A program made the translations under genes and the position numbers. Under the pieces are notes generated by a model that saw only the letters and a list, made by a program, of their open reading frames with translations, had not been told where the DNA came from and did not search any database. Positions 26,827-32,000 of a DNA stretch of 32,000 nucleotides are shown in pieces. How positions within the stretch are numbered: position 1 is the stretch's first letter; each line of letters starts with the position of its first letter. Origin of the DNA: an uncultured Erysipelotrichaceae bacterium (GTDB taxonomy: Bacteria; Bacillota_I; Bacilli_A; Erysipelotrichales; Erysipelotrichaceae). The stretch covers positions 510,001 through 542,000 of the forward strand of contig OW818668.1 of NCBI GenBank assembly GCA_942493105.1. Reading direction: 5' to 3'.

Positions 26827-28562
26827 AGTTTAACCTTCTTGGCAGCAGTTTTGAACATTTCCAACATGACTCTTAATTCTGTTGTTGCGACTTCCGGATC
26901 CAAACGGTTCATTACTTCTTCAATCTCTGATATTTTCTTGGGATCAGTGACCACCGACTTCAATAATCGTTCATACAAAGCAGAGGGAATCATATCTTGC
27001 TTCTGTTCCCCTGTTAGAAATTGTCTCTCAAAATAGATTTGCTGTTCCAACGAGACTTCTGCATAATTGTCAGCCAGCATAAAAGTTACATAAGCAAGGA
27101 AACCACCTTTATCTTGGATAACTGATTTGTAAATCATGTTGTCGCGTTCAAAGATGGGTATACCTTTTGTTTGAATTTTTATAACAGCAAAGTCCTGAAG
27201 ATGATTGATGACATAAAACTCCGATAAATCAACCAGTTTTAAACCGGAAATATTGGTTTCCCTTTCCAACTTGACAAAAGCATTAGGAGAAGTGATTGGT
27301 CTGATAAACACGGATTCAGAGGGCTTACTACAAATTACTTTAATTTGGTATCGATCCCCATCTGGAGAAACAATGGCTCCAGTAAAACTACGCAAGACGT
27401 CAATTAGCGGGGAACTGATTTCTTCAGATTCTGGATCAAGTTGCTGATCAAAAGATTCGAGTTTTTCAAATGGACAAGGTTCAGTCTGAAGCAAGTCTTT
27501 ACTCACTGTATAGAAACTTGTAACGCCAGATTTGAATTTTAACCCAACCATGAACTCTATGTTTCTATGAAAGGCATTTTCTGAGGCATTAAGGGAACCT
27601 AAATAAAGATAATTACCGCTGGCGGATCCTTTAAAGTAAATCTTGGCATGAATGTCTCGTCTTGAAGTTGCTTCCAGAACATCCTCTTCAAGAGCATCCA
27701 GATCAACCATACCATCTTTAACGATATACACTTCTTTGAATTGATCGAATATCTTTCTCGTGAGTGAACTCTTTCTAGTAATCAATATTTTATCCTTGGG
27801 TCGTTTAGTTATCCGATCTATAGTCCCTTCAGATAGGAAAGGGGAAATAACGATGAGACTGTTAGCATCAGCCAGCAGAGTTTCCGCCTTTACAGAATTC
27901 TTCAAACCAAAATGATGAAAACTGACTTTTTCAAATTGACCCAAGCCTTCAAAATTAGATACATTTAAAATTTCGTTTGCGAGAGTTCGAATTTTCTTGG
28001 CTTTGGTTGAACTTGCATGGTCTGCCACGAAATTCAACAATTCCGATAATGGATTATTATCATCATTTTTCTTAGCATTTTCCTCAGATGTTGGTCTACC
28101 CGTAAGTTCAACAGCAATGTCCAAACTACGATCGAAAGTGAGATTGCGACTCAAAGTAATAATTTTAATAAGTGAATTACCACTTTTGTTTACATATTTC
28201 AAAAACCAAATTTTGGGGTGGAAGTTGGTATCTTTACGCAGTTTTATTTCAAAGACGCTTTGCTCAAGTAAGGTGAATACTGAACGATATTCTTGAGGAA
28301 CTTTGATTGAACCAAGATTACAGAACACAGCGAGTCTATCGCTGCTTTTTCTAATAGCCTCAAGCAAAAAGAATGGGTTGTTTCGGTGAGTGCTGTCAAG
28401 ATCATCCATCATGCCCAATGAAATTGGTATACCAAGAAGTGCCTCTAAATCCAAAGAATAAGTAAGTCCTACCGCAAACTCTAGTTGGAATCCAGGATCT
28501 GGTTGTAATATATCCCCCATGTTTAGACGATTTATTTCCTGATGAAACAATGTGCTAGCCAT
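26823..28562 (-). CDS. Two-HKD phospholipase-D-family nuclease with an unassigned C-terminal half
   Basis: HKD motif 1 is FHPKIWFLKY...LSRNLT (H115, about 28218-28220). HKD motif 2 is IHAKIYFKG...LGSLNASENAF (H305, about 27648-27650). It overlaps the upstream gene by 8 nt. Confidence 0.85.
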   Translation of the reverse strand: MASTLFHQEINRLNMGDILQPDPGFQLEFAVGLTYSLDLEALLGIPISLGMMDDLDSTHRNNPFFLLEAIRKSSDRLAVFCNLGSIKVPQEYRSVFTLLEQSVFEIKLRKDTNFHPKIWFLKYVNKSGNSLIKIITLSRNLTFDRSLDIAVELTGRPTSEENAKKNDDNNPLSELLNFVADHASSTKAKKIRTLANEILNVSNFEGLGQFEKVSFHHFGLKNSVKAETLLADANSLIVISPFLSEGTIDRITKRPKDKILITRKSSLTRKIFDQFKEVYIVKDGMVDLDALEEDVLEATSRRDIHAKIYFKGSASGNYLYLGSLNASENAFHRNIEFMVGLKFKSGVTSFYTVSKDLLQTEPCPFEKLESFDQQLDPESEEISSPLIDVLRSFTGAIVSPDGDRYQIKVICSKPSESVFIRPITSPNAFVKLERETNISGLKLVDLSEFYVINHLQDFAVIKIQTKGIPIFERDNMIYKSVIQDKGGFLAYVTFMLADNYAEVSLEQQIYFERQFLTGEQKQDMIPSALYERLLKSVVTDPKKISEIEEVMNRLDPEVATTELRVMLEMFKTAAKKVKL

Positions 28563-29718
28563 GTTGATCCAATCCTTTTAAGATGTCCGTGACGATTGTT
28601 AAAACCGTCGGATACCGGTATGACAGTTTATAGTTGTGAATTGGATTTTTATATCGATTGTCGCTGCTGTTAGAAAGCTTTGCTCGATCACCTTTGATGA
28701 GTTTCTCTCGTCGAATAATTAACCTCTTAGCTTCCTCAAGATTGTTTGTTTTTATGTTTTCGTCGAATCTCCTTAGAAACTCCGAAGTTTGGCGTGAACA
28801 ATGAGTAATCCGTATCACAGCCTCGAGGTCAATAGACTGATAGTTCTGAAGCCATTGATCAAAGAGACTTACGATGTTTGAGTCTTTGCCTTCCGAGTAG
28901 ATGACATTGAATAGCAAATGTGCACCATAAATAAAGTTTGCAAAATCTTGAGCCAAGTGAACTAATCGACCCATCTCTTCTGGCAAGTCATTGGGGTTGA
29001 TGTTCTCAAAATTATTTGGTAATTGTTTTTTACTAAGAATATTTGACAAAAGTGTATCTTTGGTTTTTGGTGAGTTTACAATTTGCTGATAAAGAAAGTT
29101 TGCCTCTTCCTTGGTTAAATCAATCGAGGCATCATTCATGAAGTCATAATCTGGGGTTAAAGGAATAAACACTTCCAACCCATCATAACGACTATCTTTA
29201 TCATCAGCAGCATCTTCAGATGTTTCTAATTTTAAAGAAAGATCATGTGATCTCTTTCTTTTTAGTGTTATTAGTTGACATGTATCATCCAATGAAATGT
29301 CATTATTTGTAACGATCCCTAAAACTCTCAGTCCGTTCCAATAGGTGCCAGATGGTTTATACTTCACAGAACCACCCTCGTTTAGTTTACGAGCGCCGAT
29401 GATCCCACTGGTGCCTGCGACTGAATTCTTAACCAATGTTACTACAAGATCGTTCTCTCGATCTTCAATCCATTTTCTAACCTTACCACTTTCCACTCTC
29501 GAATCGGTTTTTGCCTTTTGAAAAAGATAAGGGATCAAGACGAAATATTTAGCTCTAGTATGCAAGGTTGATATACCAGGAAACATCAGATTAGAAAAAG
29601 CGTCCCTAATTGTACCAATCCCCAACTCATCGAGGGCAGTTTGGTTTCTTATATTTCTGAGTATATAAAGAATCTTGTTGCGTTCTTCTCTTGAATAATC
29701 GACCCATCCTAATTTCAT
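28555..29718 (-). CDS. Conserved hypothetical protein, DUF6361-like; first gene of the PLD/SNF2 operon
   Basis: From the ATG at 29718 the N-terminus reads MKLGWVDYSREERNKILYIL...LDELGIGTIRDAFSNLMFPGISTLHTRAKYFVLIPYLF. This matches my recollection of the DUF6361 lead motif, which I could not verify here. The ATG at 29718 follows AGGGGAG. The track's upstream ATG at 29754 has no RBS. Confidence 0.5.
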   Translation of the reverse strand: MKLGWVDYSREERNKILYILRNIRNQTALDELGIGTIRDAFSNLMFPGISTLHTRAKYFVLIPYLFQKAKTDSRVESGKVRKWIEDRENDLVVTLVKNSVAGTSGIIGARKLNEGGSVKYKPSGTYWNGLRVLGIVTNNDISLDDTCQLITLKRKRSHDLSLKLETSEDAADDKDSRYDGLEVFIPLTPDYDFMNDASIDLTKEEANFLYQQIVNSPKTKDTLLSNILSKKQLPNNFENINPNDLPEEMGRLVHLAQDFANFIYGAHLLFNVIYSEGKDSNIVSLFDQWLQNYQSIDLEAVIRITHCSRQTSEFLRRFDENIKTNNLEEAKRLIIRREKLIKGDRAKLSNSSDNRYKNPIHNYKLSYRYPTVLTIVTDILKGLDQHG

Positions 29719-30071
29719 GTGCTCCCCTTCATTAAAACCATCTCTAAAGACCATTATACTATTTGATTATGTCAATTTATTTTGTATAACAGGGAAATTC
29801 AACCTTGTAGCTTAAACTTTTGGAATTTATTAGATTTATAGGAGAGCAGTCACAGTACTATCATGCTGTAAGAAAATGTTAGATACCCTTATACATATAG
29901 TTTAGTCGTCTTTCGGTGGGTGAGTCAAATCTTATCTCTGATAGATTACAACAAAAGCTATCTATTTCATTAAGAAATATAATTCATATTGAGAGTTTAG
30001 TTTCACTAAACTGTTTATAATTGTTCAAATTTAACGAAACATTTTTCAAAAAATTGAGTTATTCAACCATG

Positions 30072-30935
30072 CTACTTTTCTTCTTTTTTATGTAACTTTA
30101 TGTTGAGCTTTCCTAACTGCTTTCCTAGTTTTTGGGCTAGATCTTTAGTTGTGTCCATCGTTTCTTTTGAAATGTCCTTGGTAACTTTACCAATCTTGTC
30201 CATATTCTGGGCTAAGTTTTTAGTTGTATCTATCGTTGCTGCAGATAAATCTTTTGCGAAGTCTTTGGTAGCTTTTTCAAATTTTTCTTTCGCTTCTTGT
30301 TTTTCTTCTTCTTTTTTGATCTGTATAGATTTGCTTTCTAAAATGACTTCATCCGTTACATAATAAAGCCAAACTCGTTCACCATTTTTTAGTTTCGGCC
30401 CGATTTTTTGGTTATTTGGATAAGTGACTCTTGTAACCTGACCATCTTCTTTATTCGCAAAACTTAAGTTGGGTGTTTCAATTTTCTCAGAAACCCTTAA
30501 GCCCAAACTTTCAAGATCTTCTCGTGCTTCATATCTATTAAGCCCAATGACCATTGGAATACTGAACTCACTTAATGCACTTCCCAATAAGTCTTTACTC
30601 TTTTCAATCACTTCTTGAGTGAGATAGTAAACCTTAACTGCTGTTCCTGGACTTACTCTTGATCCAAACTTAGGTTCTGAACTCGTAACTTTGTTTTCAC
30701 TCTCATCTGCATACGCAATATTTGGTTTCGCAATGGCAAATGTTGGAAGCAAGTGAAGTTCATTAAGAACTCGAGTTGCTTCTTCAATGTATACATCCTT
30801 TAAATCTGGAATTTTAATGAGTGCTTTCTGTTGTTCATAGGCATCAGAACCTATTTTCAAACCTAAATCTATAACTTCCGGTACTTTTTCTGCAAGTGCA
30901 TCTACACTTTTTAATGCTGACTTAATCAAACCCAT
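30072..30935 (-). CDS. Protein with two PASTA-like domains and a C-terminal charged tandem repeat; no kinase or PBP domain
   Basis: The first PASTA-like unit is IKIPDLKDVYIEEATRVLNELHL...SEPKFGSRVSPGTAVKVYY. The second is FSIPMVIGLNRYEAREDLESLGLRV...VTYPNNQKIGPKLKNGERVWLYY. The C-terminal repeat is TIDTTKNLAQNMDKIGKVTKDIS followed by TMDTTKDLAQKLGKQLGKL. Confidence 0.65.
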   Translation of the reverse strand: MGLIKSALKSVDALAEKVPEVIDLGLKIGSDAYEQQKALIKIPDLKDVYIEEATRVLNELHLLPTFAIAKPNIAYADESENKVTSSEPKFGSRVSPGTAVKVYYLTQEVIEKSKDLLGSALSEFSIPMVIGLNRYEAREDLESLGLRVSEKIETPNLSFANKEDGQVTRVTYPNNQKIGPKLKNGERVWLYYVTDEVILESKSIQIKKEEEKQEAKEKFEKATKDFAKDLSAATIDTTKNLAQNMDKIGKVTKDISKETMDTTKDLAQKLGKQLGKLNIKLHKKEEK

Positions 30936-31636
30936 TTTAAAATCCCTCGCTTTCTAAAGTAGTTAAATGGTCATATGTTAAATTAATCATAACACCTCGA
31001 ATGTTAATTTGGACCATATAATAAAAGTTTAGATCTCATTCATATACCAGATTGAGTAAAGAAAAAAACATAATAAGTTCACCTATGCAGTTTAGTAATT
31101 TTAACTACACAATTTCAAATGTAAAATCTATAATTTGGAATGCTAATCTCGTTATAATGAATTCCTTCTTCTTGGTTCACCTTGATTGATTGCATTCTTC
31201 ATCAATGCTGCAATGATATAAAGTGGTAACAACACTATAACTATAAACACATTTCTTAGAAAGGTTTTCATTCACGGTTTCCTTTGTGGGTTCATATCAC
31301 TATCTTAGAATGTTTTGGTGTTCGCATTTTGGAATGTCCAAATCAAAGGACATTATTGCTTTGAGAATTAATTCATTCTGGATAAGAACTGCACTCCATA
31401 AATGGGAAGTTAAACATACTTACTTTCAGGAATAATATACTTAGAATCTTTTTCAAATTCAGAAGAGGCTGGGAACCAGTTCAATCTATAACATAAAAGG
31501 ACCCATGATAAATCTTGGTTCCTTTTTACTACAATTTATTATCAATCAAATCAATGATTTATCTATACACTATTTTGGGTAATGGTTATTGATATGCGTT
31601 AAAATATAAGAAAGAAATGAAAGCGTTGGGGTGAAT

Positions 31637-32000
31637 GTGAAAAGATTTGGGCCACCTATTGGGAAAGAAACACTGATAAGGTATCTGTGGAAATATAAAT
31701 TCTTGTTTATTGTGTCTTCAATTGCAGGGATAATTTTTAATACAGCTGTAGTTTTGGGACCAATATTCCTGGGAAGACTGATTGATGCTTCTGCAAGTTC
31801 AACAACACAAGTCGTTTACCTTTCAGCCTTGTATTTTGTAGGAGTCACTGCTTTTTTTCAGTTCTCACGTTTTATAAAACGTTGGACCATGAGAGATCAG
31901 TTTAATCGTGTGGCTTGTGACTTAAGACAAACCCTTCTGGATCGAATATTGAGTTATAAACTACCTCAGCTTGATCAAGAAACCGTTGGGGATCTGATGT
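31637..32000 (+). CDS. ABC exporter (fused TMD-NBD, MsbA/LmrA-type), N-terminal fragment running off the window end
   Basis: The frame is open from the GTG at 31637 (or the GTG at 31631) to the window end. It reads KRFGPPIGKETLIRYLWKYKFLFIVSSIAGIIFNTAVVLGPIFLGRLID...RDQFNRVACDLRQTLLDRILSYKLPQLDQETVGDLM, the typical ABC_membrane TM1-TM2 and intracellular loop 1 region. The start codon is uncertain. Confidence 0.75.
   Translation, partial: MKRFGPPIGKETLIRYLWKYKFLFIVSSIAGIIFNTAVVLGPIFLGRLIDASASSTTQVVYLSALYFVGVTAFFQFSRFIKRWTMRDQFNRVACDLRQTLLDRILSYKLPQLDQETVGDLM

Noticed and set aside
23863-29754. Calling the PLD + SNF2 helicase operon a DISARM system
   Set aside because: DISARM needs DrmA (a DUF1998-associated helicase), DrmB and a DNA methyltransferase (DrmMI/MII). 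None is present. The only nearby methyltransferase is a small class-I enzyme in a different, convergent operon.
29753-29775. TTGACA (29775-29770) plus TATAAT (29758-29753) on the minus strand as the promoter of the triad operon
   Set aside because: The two hexamers are separated by only 11 nt, far from the 16-18 nt optimum. The TATAAT may still serve as a -10, but the pair is not a credible canonical promoter.
29994-30012. Hairpin AGTTTAGT-ttc-ACTAAACT as the terminator of the PASTA gene
   Set aside because: It is an 8-bp AT-rich stem with no U-tract on the minus strand and only a weak T-rich run on the plus strand. That is insufficient for a terminator call.
1556-30363. Short track ORFs nested antisense or out of frame inside long genes. 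Examples: 1556-1798, 2452-2694, 2889-3119, 3949-4134, 4139-4357, 6726-7043, 8770-8964, 11191-11397, 16335-16535, 17438-17701, 17777-17959, 20939-21145, 21018-21230, 21233-21478, 21751-21981, 22065-22325, 22937-23140, 23283-23471, 24147-24347, 24707-24982, 25609-25791, 26755-27036, 27253-27447, 27997-28296 and 30100-30363.
   Set aside because: All lie within or opposite much longer ORFs that have clear domain motifs. They lack RBS context and recognisable motifs, and they have compositions typical of shadow frames.
10452-31636. Interpreting the island as a prophage, ICE or transposon
   Set aside because: I recognised no integrase, recombinase, transposase, terminase, capsid or conjugation genes. 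There is no tRNA target, and no flanking direct or terminal inverted repeats were found by eye.
1-32000. Mollicute-type genetic code (TGA = Trp) suggested by the very low GC
   Set aside because: TGA terminates well-supported genes, including the S41 protease at 259-261, the AbiEi-like gene at 7410-7412 and the PLD gene at 26823-25. Cell-wall genes (M23, PASTA, FtsEX, PG-binding domain) are also present.

Overview
The window looks like a low-GC Bacillota-type chromosome using the standard genetic code, since TGA is used as a stop in several confident genes. No rRNA, tRNA, CRISPR array, integrase or transposase was seen.

Positions 1-10451 are mostly housekeeping genes on the minus strand:
- the 5' end of uvrB, an S41 C-terminal processing protease, a coiled-coil M23 peptidase, ftsX, ftsE and a YitT-family membrane protein;
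- a plus-strand VanZ-like gene;
- an inserted AbiEi/AbiEii type IV toxin-antitoxin cassette whose promoter and operators are readable in the sequence;
- an OmpR-type response regulator with its HAMP histidine kinase.

From about 10.5 kb to about 30 kb the DNA is visibly more AT-rich (spot counts by eye only). It forms a dense nuclease/NTPase defence-type island with these modules:
1. A BrxR/CapW-like WYL regulator, divergent from a single-HKD PLD nuclease fused to a P-loop (SF3-like) ATPase. A perfect inverted repeat sits on the predicted -35.
2. A 1245-aa protein with an Mrr-like PD-(D/E)xK domain, a STAND NTPase and a long helical C-terminus (Avs/NLR-like).
3. A NERD-SF1 helicase fusion.
4. 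An 857-aa protein with a Vsr/DUF559-like nuclease fold, a DEAH helicase, an HTH and an unknown C-terminal domain. It is translationally coupled to a small class-I SAM methyltransferase that lacks DNA-methyltransferase motifs.
5. A tightly overlapping three-gene operon: a DUF6361-like protein, a two-HKD PLD nuclease and an SNF2-like helicase.

The right edge holds a PASTA-repeat protein with no kinase or PBP domain, about 700 bp of non-coding DNA, and the 5' end of an ABC exporter.

The best candidates for an undescribed system are the WYL-controlled PLD-ATPase fusion, the Mrr-STAND giant protein at the window centre, and the helicase plus non-DNA-type methyltransferase pair. All functional calls come from motif reading by eye. 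No database search was possible.
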